Positions 56,801 to 64,000 of a stretch of 64,000 nucleotides of DNA are shown one piece after another (within the stretch, counting starts at the first letter, position 1; the number at the start of each line of letters is the position of its first letter). The stretch comes from a virus. The DNA lies in the IMG/VR virus record IMGVR_UViG_3300045994_000055, positions 1 through 64,000 of that record; one strand, 5' to 3'. The notes beneath the pieces are model-generated. The model saw nothing but the letters and a program-made list of their open reading frames with translations. It was not told where the DNA came from and made no database searches. Position numbers and translations under genes: made by a program.

Positions 56801-57221
56801 GCAAGTTGGACAAATTTATACCATTGGAATCAGTCACTGACTCTGTAGTTGATACACTGCCAATTTTTAAAAAGCCACTTGCCGCAGTGTTACGCTTAGG
56901 ATTATAGCTGATTAAACGTGCAAGCTTAAGCACAGAGTCACGGCGTTCTGCTGTGTCGATGAAGTTTTCGCGAGCGTTTAAGTCTGTGCGGAATGCTAAA
57001 CTTTGGCCCAAAAACGCTATCAAGTCGATTAGCGCAATGTACTCGCTAGATTCCGTAAAGTCATTGAAATCTTCAGGGTAATACGTGCGTAAGTAGTCGA
57101 TCATTGACTTACGAAGCGTCTCGTAATCGTAGCTTTGGAAGTCAGCGTCACGGAACGTCTGGTAGACTTTAGTCCAGTCTTGCTGAACTAAAAGATTTGA
57201 TTGTCGTGTTGTTAATGCCAT
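53847..57221 (-). CDS. Baseplate wedge protein (T4 gp6-like)
   Basis: DF.SYD...FNDFTESSE..ALID, ENFIDTAERRDSVLKLA..ISYNPKR, APQQYYTQNRMIT.EDY. Confidence 0.88.
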   Translation of the reverse strand: MALTTRQSNLLVQQDWTKVYQTFRDADFQSYDYETLRKSMIDYLRTYYPEDFNDFTESSEYIALIDLIAFLGQSLAFRTDLNARENFIDTAERRDSVLKLARLISYNPKRNTAASGFLKIGSVSTTESVTDSNGINLSNLLVSWNDTSNENWLEQYTAILNASMVNTQVVGKPGAANIINGIQTDEYSVNVIAGATPIYKFTAKVENSSMNFEVVSASAAGQSYVYEVDPTPSGKFNLLYKNDNQGNGSNNTGFFVYFKQGDLNALPFNIAEKLPNRVVSINFSDINNNDVWLYPLTAQGTLGTKWTKVPAIGGVNIVYNQTNERNLYQVNSRANDQVDLVFGDGAFASIPQGDYKLFYRQSNGQNYKITPDEMQNVVISMNYVSRNNRVETLTLSCSLHYTVANSSAAEALDDIRTKAPQQYYTQNRMITGEDYNILPYTTFSNIIKVKAVNRTSSGVSRYLDVTDVSGKYSSTNIFAQDGVIYRNIANTATTFTYTTTSEVLKAIYNVALPMISAKEIMHLYHYSAPTYLIGASPTFVATSSTTNTTSGYINTVNTLTHATTLTTLGVGASGAAKYIQPGALVKFLPPQDYHFNKDNQIVAGAATLPTDKTYLYAAVVSNTSTTVTFSQILPTTLNTASGPVYAVVSEITPPYKNDWPTSLIETFTTLILGKKNFGVRYDAATMEWVTIDEANLNLNQFDITTAGSTQSASDSSWILAFTYFSGQYTITQRNLYYYMESELETRFYFDPKVKVYDSSTGTAVRDQIKILKVNNDPVTQQPLSTDQIWYVYNNVVQLDGYLDTQKILVTFPDANNDGIPDDPTLFNTLVAPDSNTNIFFKQVTDYDNFVKYAVVSLGAVVDSYLTKSQIALYSASYSDGQVFYATAENKFYSVTGGAVSITNNYVAKTGRQNLYFQYRHNSPGNRRIDPSPNNIMDLYILTKEYNTAYAAWIKDSSGKVAQPVAPTTEELRTEFSTLENLKALSDTIIYNPVKFKPIFGNKAASVLRATFKVVKNSNVTISDNDIKSRVISTINKYFDINNWDFGETFYFSELSAYLHTELVPNISSIIIVPSDSTASFGGLYQINAEANEIVVSAATVDNVEIISAITASQINQSLAGLNTL

Positions 57222-57238
57222 AATATACCTGTATTAGG

Positions 57239-57246
57239 TATTTATA
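57239..57246 (-). promoter_or_regulatory. TATAAATA T4-type late promoter
   Basis: Exact TATAAATA on the - strand, 17 nt upstream of the gp6-like ATG. Confidence 0.7.
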
Positions 57247-57266
57247 GCTTTCTAAAAGTGCTAGTA

Positions 57267-57635
57267 TTAACGCACTGTTCCCGAGTCTCGGTCAAATGTA
57301 AACGACATGGCTGATGTTTGATTAGTTGGAATGTATGTCAATACAATTTGAATTTGCAAGCCACTTTGGTGCTCTGTCATGACTACATCGTTGATACTTA
57401 ACCTAGGATCGTAACTTACTACTGAGTTAACGTCATCCAGTATTACTTTCTTAGTTTCAGGGGTCAACGGTTCAAAAAGCATGTTCCAAATGATGCTACC
57501 AAAATTTGGATTCATTAACTTTTCGCCTTTGCGAATCTGAAAGTGATTCAACAAATCGCGCTTAACTAGCTCAATGTCAGTTAGCCTGAATTTCTTGTTT
57601 TGCCCTAGAGTAGATAGTCCGCGATATGTTGTCAT
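57267..57635 (-). CDS. Baseplate wedge subunit (T4 gp25-like)
   Basis: D.ELVKRDLLN...RKGEK..NPNFGS.IW..LFEP...YDPR; TAAATA 4 nt upstream of the ATG. Confidence 0.9.
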   Translation of the reverse strand: MTTYRGLSTLGQNKKFRLTDIELVKRDLLNHFQIRKGEKLMNPNFGSIIWNMLFEPLTPETKKVILDDVNSVVSYDPRLSINDVVMTEHQSGLQIQIVLTYIPTNQTSAMSFTFDRDSGTVR

Positions 57636-57642
57636 CTAGTAT

Positions 57643-60129
57643 TTAACCCTTATATTGGATGTGCACGACGTCGTATGCCAATGGGAAGTTAAACCCATAC
57701 TTGTCTAGTAATCCAGTGCTCAGTAAGTATTGCAAGTCTGCACGAGCAATGTCAAAAGCAATACCACGTATGTGCGGGGCATTCGGGCTTGGTTTAGCTG
57801 GTTTTAATACGTGACTGTTACCAGCCAGCCACGCATTGTATAGTGCTGTTTGTTCCTCCAATGTACGCTTTGCGCTGCTCAAGGTAAGCTTACGGCTAGT
57901 TTTTGCTTTAAATTCTTTTGCCATATTCTCAAATGCAGCCTTCATTGGTCCAGCGAGCATTTCATAATGTGCTTTATCACCTGAGTTTGCAGTAAAGTTA
58001 ATCACTGATTCTGGCCCTATTCCGCTGTCAGATGGGCCAGATGGTACTGCTGGGGTAGCGTCAGCGACAACCTGCATTGCAAGTACATCAATTGCATAAC
58101 GCCCCCAATTATATGCTGCCGCACCAGCGCCACCTTCTTTACGCCACGCCAATGCCTTACGGACAGGCTCGTCTTCATCCCTATAGTAATACGCAACTGA
58201 TATCATACCAGCAACTGTGCAAATATCGTCATTTGCTACTATTGCATTTTGATTTAATAGTTCAATATAGTAATCATTGATAATTTGGGCCATCACTACA
58301 TCTTGGGTGCCAGTGTGCGTTGTCCAATCAGTTACACTCTTAATACCCTCTGTCCCAGCCCAGGACAAAGTAGAATTGATATTTGTTGCATCAGTGACAT
58401 ATCCATAATGCTTCAGTAACTTCCCGTTAATTTGATACTTACCGACCCTAGTAGATGTAGTTTTGGTAAAGTTTGAACCACTTTCTGCGTACCCAATTTG
58501 CACCATTAGTGCTTTAGCTTGAAGGGCAGCCAACCTACCTAGTGATTGTACATGCGGTGCTGCGGCCGCTGACATTTCACTTAACGGTGCTGCTGGAGAA
58601 ACTTGCTGGCCTTTAGCAGACACTGGTCCCGGATCAGTTAGTTTAGCATCGTTTGCGCAGGTACTTGATTGTTTTACCACTGGCGTTGGCACAGTAAACA
58701 AACTTGATCCCGCTGCCTTACTGGTCGCTGCTGATTGTCGTGGCCATGGCTCGTGGCTAGGTGCCACAGTAACAATACTTTCAAACACTGCTGACTTGCT
58801 TACCCACAACCCTGACGCTTCAGCTGATGTGTCAGTATGCGAATTTGAAGCCAATGCTGACACCGCTGCTACATCCGCAGGAGTTTGTGTATTCAAATAT
58901 ATTTTGCCACCCTTTAAGACTAAGTCACTGCTAGTTTTAAAACTACCAGACGCCCCTTGAATTTTCATTTCACCGCTGCTTAAAATACCTATTGAACTTG
59001 CCTGCAGTGCAATACTTGTTGATTTGGTCGTATGCTTTGCTGTTTGCTGTGCAATGGACGATGATGCATTTATGTTTACACTAGCCCCACTGTTTAAGTT
59101 GATGTCCTTATCAGCATGTAAGTTAAACTCTCCTTCAGTACGCATATTAATACCTTGCTGCGAGTACACATTAATGTGACCTCCGCCAGTAAATTCTAAC
59201 CATGCGGTACCAGTGCTATTTGCAATGTATAACACATCTTCAGTGTCATGCATTAAGATTTGGTGCCCGCCTGCTGTGCGTAAACGCACTAGCTGACTAT
59301 TAGCATTTTGATCACCATCGTCCATAATAAACGTGTGGCCACCCTTGCGAGTCTTAACGGTAATGTCGTCAAGTGTAAGAGTACCAGCTGCCATCTTAGC
59401 TTTAAATTGCGGGTCATCAGCTGGATCATTACCTGGTCGGCCAGGTGTTGATATACCAAAAACTTGCGATGGACTTTCGCGCTGTGATGATGACGTCACA
59501 GCCCCGCGCACCGTATCCCTATCAAGTCCTTGATCCATAAGAATCGCAACCTGCGGCTCGTGTGGTGGTTTAAGATTTTTATCAAATCCTGGGCCAATAT
59601 TTGCATTAGGTGCTAGTTCATTGAACTCTGCTACTGGCCAATTACTATCTTGCGAGTATTTTGCCTTCATCGCAGCGTCTGTCATATTTGCCGTATCTAC
59701 TGGTCCAGCTGCAAGACCAGGTAGCATGTAGTGGCTTAAGTCTGTGTTGATACAAGCAAACCAATATCCGCGGTTAGGGTCACCTGCAATGAATGTACAT
59801 ATCACTTGGCAGTTAACGTCAGGCGGGACGCCCCACATACCATAACTATGTGGTACTTGCGAGAATTCGTTATTACGACCGCCACTATCAACTGGCTTGT
59901 ATGTTGTACCACCATAAGGACTTGCATAAGAAACTGTACGCCAGGATGCAGGCGCTTCTTCATCTCCGCCCAACTCAGGAATCCATACTTGCAAGCGCCC
60001 AGCTTTCAATGGATCGTAGTTATTTTTAACGTAACCAATAAATGGCCCGCTATCAATGCGTACGCCAGGTGTGTCTTCTCTACGTGCCCACTCAGGTAGT
60101 TTTTTACCAAATCGTCTATTAGTTGCCAT
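57643..60129 (-). CDS. Baseplate hub/spike protein (gp5/VgrG-like) with C-terminal peptidoglycan hydrolase domains
   Basis: DPLKAGRLQVWIP OB-fold, GGHTFIMDD/GGHQILMHD beta-helix, PSHEPW, then YAESG...GKYQ and R...Q...H.RG.AFD...HIQ. Confidence 0.85.
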   Translation of the reverse strand: MATNRRFGKKLPEWARREDTPGVRIDSGPFIGYVKNNYDPLKAGRLQVWIPELGGDEEAPASWRTVSYASPYGGTTYKPVDSGGRNNEFSQVPHSYGMWGVPPDVNCQVICTFIAGDPNRGYWFACINTDLSHYMLPGLAAGPVDTANMTDAAMKAKYSQDSNWPVAEFNELAPNANIGPGFDKNLKPPHEPQVAILMDQGLDRDTVRGAVTSSSQRESPSQVFGISTPGRPGNDPADDPQFKAKMAAGTLTLDDITVKTRKGGHTFIMDDGDQNANSQLVRLRTAGGHQILMHDTEDVLYIANSTGTAWLEFTGGGHINVYSQQGINMRTEGEFNLHADKDINLNSGASVNINASSSIAQQTAKHTTKSTSIALQASSIGILSSGEMKIQGASGSFKTSSDLVLKGGKIYLNTQTPADVAAVSALASNSHTDTSAEASGLWVSKSAVFESIVTVAPSHEPWPRQSAATSKAAGSSLFTVPTPVVKQSSTCANDAKLTDPGPVSAKGQQVSPAAPLSEMSAAAAPHVQSLGRLAALQAKALMVQIGYAESGSNFTKTTSTRVGKYQINGKLLKHYGYVTDATNINSTLSWAGTEGIKSVTDWTTHTGTQDVVMAQIINDYYIELLNQNAIVANDDICTVAGMISVAYYYRDEDEPVRKALAWRKEGGAGAAAYNWGRYAIDVLAMQVVADATPAVPSGPSDSGIGPESVINFTANSGDKAHYEMLAGPMKAAFENMAKEFKAKTSRKLTLSSAKRTLEEQTALYNAWLAGNSHVLKPAKPSPNAPHIRGIAFDIARADLQYLLSTGLLDKYGFNFPLAYDVVHIQYKG

Positions 60130-60130
60130 G

Positions 60131-62890
60131 TTATCTGAATCCTGCTCCGCGACGGATAGCCTTTAAGTTATTACTTTCGTCCGCTGCTATAGCCGCGGGA
60201 GTTTTTGCGGGAGTGGGCGGTTGGATAGGAAGCAGTGTTTTATTGTTAACAGAGTTTAATGTTGCCTGTGACACTACGCCTTTGTAGTCCCCTACACCAG
60301 GCACTCCTGTGGGCTTCATCATTGCTGACCCACTAACTGATGCTGCGGCCGCTTGTAATGGATCAGTTGCTGACTTGGGCGCTATATTAGCTGGGCGCAC
60401 ACCAGTGGGCGTAGCTGCATCCGCGCTTATATAATCGCTTTCTGCTCGCTCAACTTTTGATGTGCCTTTTATTGTTTTTGTTTTCATCATACGTACACCA
60501 GTAAGTGTCTGCACGAACTGCCCCTTACTAAACTCACTGTCTACCGTCAATATCTTGTAAAACCCCGTAAACTTGGAAGTAGCATATTTTGTATTCTTTG
60601 TAATACCACCTGTTGACTCGTCCATGTCAGTTGGAGTCATGAACTTAACATTACAAAAGATTTCTGAGTGGTCCATTGCAATTGACCCATTAGTGTTAAC
60701 ACCAATGCCATTGGTTGTTTTGGAGTTATATCCCGGCTGCCCTGGATTGGTGTATAAATCGTCCTGCTTGATAAAATGTGGGTCGCCAATGATTTTTAAC
60801 TTTAAGTTAATCATGTCACCACGGGCATTGGAATATATGCTTGCAAGCGCATTAGCCACAACCGCTTGCTTTTGCGTTGACACTCTACCCGTAGATTGAC
60901 TGTCACCTGAGCTAGTGACCTCTAGTGGCATTGCATTTGGATTTTCTGATTCATCTGAATCGTCCAGTACCACATAGTCAGCTTCGTCTTCGTTTCCTTT
61001 TGTGTCTTTGTTATTTCCTGCTGCTGAATTCTTAGGGAGGCCCACAGTTGCAGTAAAGTAAGCCACATCAAAATCAATCGCAAAGTCAATGATATCTATA
61101 TTTTTACCAGTGTATATGTAGTTATAATCTTTCACTGCCGCAGTAGGGTTAGCATACGGCATAGCTGGATGCTTAGAGTTATGATAACGGTGATACACGA
61201 CGTGGTATACAGTCGTGGTTGCGTAGCGTTTACGAATTGTATCGTATCGCAACTCAGTGATCTGTGGAATAATTTTGTAAAAGTCTACCCACTTATTCTC
61301 TGGGAATTTTTTACGGTTGCCGCCATCGTCAACCATTTGCTTGGCTATATAATCGCTATTGGACATTACTTGGTTAATTACATCAATGATCCGCGTGCCG
61401 GCATGGATGCCAAACGTCCTACCATTACCCGGGGCCACAACATAGTTTCCGCTATTATCTTTTGCAGCATTGCTCCGTGCACCAAACACTGCTTTGCTGT
61501 GCGGAGTTTCTGGTGGATTGATACTTGACTCTAGGATTTTTATAGGGAAGTCGTCAAAGCTAAACGAAACTTTGTCCAACTCTGCTACGTCTTTATTTTT
61601 TACTAATAGGGCAAACCATTCATTGAGTGCATTATTATAATTGGCAACTGTATACGGGGTAGTTGTGTCTACTTGCGGCTCTCCTGCTTTTGCATTGCCC
61701 CTTCGTATGCTCACGTCATCATTTTGTGTCGCTTCTTCTTGTGCGGCTTTTTCTTGACGATTTTTATCAACCCTTGATGCTTGAGTAGCGCCTACATTAG
61801 CAGGAGCCTCTCCTTTAAAGAAATTACCAATGGTAGTTGCTTCAATTTCTAAGTTGACAGGTGTAGTTACCGCGGTGTCTTTGAACGCCCCGTGATTAAA
61901 CGGCACTGCCTTAACAGAGTACTCTGCACCTTTGGATGATGCTTTGATTTTGAATTCAATAAGCTGTATAGGAAAGCGTTTGCGATGCTCAGTTAGTGGT
62001 GCGTGAATAGAACCTAAATCATCACTACCAAAGAAGTCTAGTTCTATTAAGTACGGCTGTGCAAGATAATTCTTACTGCCAATCACTGAACTCTTGCTTG
62101 CATTGATTAGTCTATCTAACAATGTCATACCGTATGGCTCAATGATCGTGAAGCTCATCTCAATCGCATTGGTGCCGCGATTTTGATTGTTGAGCCCAAT
62201 TACTGTCGTCATCCTAAAGTTTTCAAAGTAGAAGTCGTCGTGGAACTCGTAATGCCTGCCAGTGTTAACGTTATCCGCTGCCTTATTATACCTGCCAGCA
62301 GAGCTTATCAATGCAAACTTAGGTGCCCAGGAACTGACTTGATCAGCTGGTGTTTTTTGCAAAGTTTCGTATTCTTCCTTAGCCAACATAAACAAGGTTA
62401 ACCCATAGGTGTATGTTGCATACTGGTGCAACGGGTTTGCAAGTGGTTTAACGTTAGCTTGATAATTTGCCACATCTTGTGCAAATAAATTTACACCATT
62501 AGACGATGGTGCAGGCTCCGCAGCCAATACCCTTGAATCAGCTTGTGCTTGCAAGCTATTACCAGATGCAAATTGCTCATTGGCTGAAATAGCTTTATCT
62601 AGTTTGCCTTGCCCTGCGTCAGTCAATGGTGTAGTCACAACATTGCCTTCACGAACAGGGGACGTCGTCGCAGTGCTAGCCGTTGCGTCTGCTTTATCTA
62701 CCAGCGGCAGCGAATATAATTCTTCTGTTTGCGCTTGTATTTCGTCGTATGTTGCTTGCGTTTCCGCCGTGAGTTGCTTACCTTCAACACTAGAAGGTGT
62801 AACTTTATTTTTGTCCCATTGGGCTTGTATTGCTGCAAGCTTATTTTTATTCGCTTGAATTGCCGCGGTTAACTCAGCTCTAGTAGCCAT
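60131..62890 (-). CDS. Baseplate hub protein (gp27-like, inferred)
   Basis: 919 aa between the gp53-like and gp5-like genes; NPLHQYATYTY, YIYTGKN.DI, IIGDP, G.YKIL.V.S.F..G.F.Q.L. Confidence 0.65.
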   Translation of the reverse strand: MATRAELTAAIQANKNKLAAIQAQWDKNKVTPSSVEGKQLTAETQATYDEIQAQTEELYSLPLVDKADATASTATTSPVREGNVVTTPLTDAGQGKLDKAISANEQFASGNSLQAQADSRVLAAEPAPSSNGVNLFAQDVANYQANVKPLANPLHQYATYTYGLTLFMLAKEEYETLQKTPADQVSSWAPKFALISSAGRYNKAADNVNTGRHYEFHDDFYFENFRMTTVIGLNNQNRGTNAIEMSFTIIEPYGMTLLDRLINASKSSVIGSKNYLAQPYLIELDFFGSDDLGSIHAPLTEHRKRFPIQLIEFKIKASSKGAEYSVKAVPFNHGAFKDTAVTTPVNLEIEATTIGNFFKGEAPANVGATQASRVDKNRQEKAAQEEATQNDDVSIRRGNAKAGEPQVDTTTPYTVANYNNALNEWFALLVKNKDVAELDKVSFSFDDFPIKILESSINPPETPHSKAVFGARSNAAKDNSGNYVVAPGNGRTFGIHAGTRIIDVINQVMSNSDYIAKQMVDDGGNRKKFPENKWVDFYKIIPQITELRYDTIRKRYATTTVYHVVYHRYHNSKHPAMPYANPTAAVKDYNYIYTGKNIDIIDFAIDFDVAYFTATVGLPKNSAAGNNKDTKGNEDEADYVVLDDSDESENPNAMPLEVTSSGDSQSTGRVSTQKQAVVANALASIYSNARGDMINLKLKIIGDPHFIKQDDLYTNPGQPGYNSKTTNGIGVNTNGSIAMDHSEIFCNVKFMTPTDMDESTGGITKNTKYATSKFTGFYKILTVDSEFSKGQFVQTLTGVRMMKTKTIKGTSKVERAESDYISADAATPTGVRPANIAPKSATDPLQAAAASVSGSAMMKPTGVPGVGDYKGVVSQATLNSVNNKTLLPIQPPTPAKTPAAIAADESNNLKAIRRGAGFR

Positions 62891-62893
62891 CGC

Positions 62894-63196
62894 TTATAAC
62901 CCCAAGTCAGTGTTGAGATTAGATTTCTTAGGAATATAAATTGTCATACCAGGGTAGAAATCGAAAATAGGATCTTTGAGTGTATTTGGGTTGCGCATAG
63001 CAAATACCCACCATAGTGCAGCGTCACCGTACAAGTCATGTGCTAACAGGTCAGGGCGATATTGATAAACAGTATTGATCGTAAACTGCACATCATCAGC
63101 ATACGCTGTAACCTTGCGTACATTCATCACATCCAAGAATGGGCCAAATGTAGTTGTAGATGCGTACGGGCTTGAATTTTTATAAGTAGTTGCCAT
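62894..63196 (-). CDS. Baseplate wedge protein (gp53/LysM-like)
   Basis: YRPDLLAHDLYGDAALWWVFAMRNP...IYIP. Confidence 0.85.
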   Translation of the reverse strand: MATTYKNSSPYASTTTFGPFLDVMNVRKVTAYADDVQFTINTVYQYRPDLLAHDLYGDAALWWVFAMRNPNTLKDPIFDFYPGMTIYIPKKSNLNTDLGL

Positions 63197-63999
63197 TAGA
63201 TGAATCCCGTAGTTTTTCCGCCGTACCCACCTATCAATGTCCCCTTAGCAAAATCAGACAAGTTGAAGTTATCTGCTATATTTCTGCGAGAGTAGATAGG
63301 CTGTAATGTAACTTGTATCTGACTAGATGTAGGAATCATCGTGTGTAGCTTTGGGGTCACTGATACAGAGTCGTAAGCTGAATCAGGCACTGACAGTTTA
63401 AATGTCACTCCCGTCTCTGCTTGCACATAGTCAACGTCCTGTGGCATAGTATGGGTAAACGACGTCACCACACAAGGTACATTAGGAAAATAGCTATCAC
63501 CGTAACCTGTCAAAAACACCATTGGAGGAGGGCTACCAGTATTTGTGCTGCCACCAAACCACATTTTAGTTGCTGATCTAAAAAAGTGAATGCAAGCCAA
63601 TACATAGGCTGCTTCAGTGCCGTTTTGCGCAGTAAAATCACCAGTGATGCTAATCGCTGCGACCTCTGAACCTTCGTACGCATAGTTGGTGTAGTTGCTA
63701 TGTGTTAATGTTTGTGCACCATAGCGAGCAGTATGAGAAATTGCTATCTGTGGTGTATACGGGAATATGACCCCGTCTGTTTCCTTGAGTGGGGCTAAGA
63801 TGCCAGCATCACTTGGGTCTTTATAAAAATAATCCGCACCAGCAGCAAGCTTAATGCGTACACGCCAATCAATCAAGTCACTTGAGAACCTAGGTGCTTT
63901 TACTGCGGCAGTAGGTTTTTTAGCTGTACCGCCAGACATTAAGTTAGACACTTGTAATCTAATCCCAGATGGGTCTAAAATTTTAGCAGGGTCAATTGA
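63196..63999 (-). CDS. Baseplate/tail-tube initiator-like protein, 5'-partial
   Basis: GVIFPYTPQI, THSNY, GSPPP..L.GYG, VP.VVTSF; frame stays open to the window edge. Confidence 0.7.
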   Translation of the reverse strand, partial: SIDPAKILDPSGIRLQVSNLMSGGTAKKPTAAVKAPRFSSDLIDWRVRIKLAAGADYFYKDPSDAGILAPLKETDGVIFPYTPQIAISHTARYGAQTLTHSNYTNYAYEGSEVAAISITGDFTAQNGTEAAYVLACIHFFRSATKMWFGGSTNTGSPPPMVFLTGYGDSYFPNVPCVVTSFTHTMPQDVDYVQAETGVTFKLSVPDSAYDSVSVTPKLHTMIPTSSQIQVTLQPIYSRRNIADNFNLSDFAKGTLIGGYGGKTTGFI

Positions 64000-64000
64000 T

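Noticed and set aside
40444-62858. Numerous 60-170 aa ORFs on the + strand or alternate frames within the structural region
   Set aside because: They lie within long - strand structural genes and show no motifs or expression signals.
1-64000. Stop-codon reassignment
   Set aside because: The standard code gives dense, uninterrupted ORFs, including one of 4538 aa.

Overview
64 kb segment of a large (jumbo-type) myovirus genome with a T4-related contractile-tail baseplate, read with the standard genetic code. It has three blocks. (1) 1-16.8 kb, + strand: small hypothetical genes; an early region punctuated by near-identical sigma70-type promoter cassettes (DGQH/ParB-like protein, two Zn-HNH nucleases, MoxR-type AAA+ ATPase, HExxH-VWA protein); DHFR and thymidylate synthase separated by an antisense GIY-YIG endonuclease whose start lies inside a perfect 14-bp inverted repeat; then NDP-sugar enzymes. 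(2) 16.8-35.4 kb, - strand: an ~18.6 kb tailoring operon behind a combined terminator/promoter. It carries several glycosyltransferase-like genes, six tandem radical SAM enzymes with N-terminal twitch/SPASM-like domains, an unannotated 33-aa ORF, an SGNH protein, a carbamoyltransferase, an APS kinase and a repeat-built pseudo-glycosyltransferase. (3) 35.5-64 kb, - strand: fibre and baseplate structural genes with TAAATA late-promoter motifs, including a 4538-aa protein. The main candidate for an undescribed system is the ~22 kb convergent sugar/radical-SAM modification locus at 13-35.4 kb, next to the fibre genes. No tRNA, rRNA, CRISPR array or reverse transcriptase was seen. All product calls come from motif recognition by eye; no database search was run.
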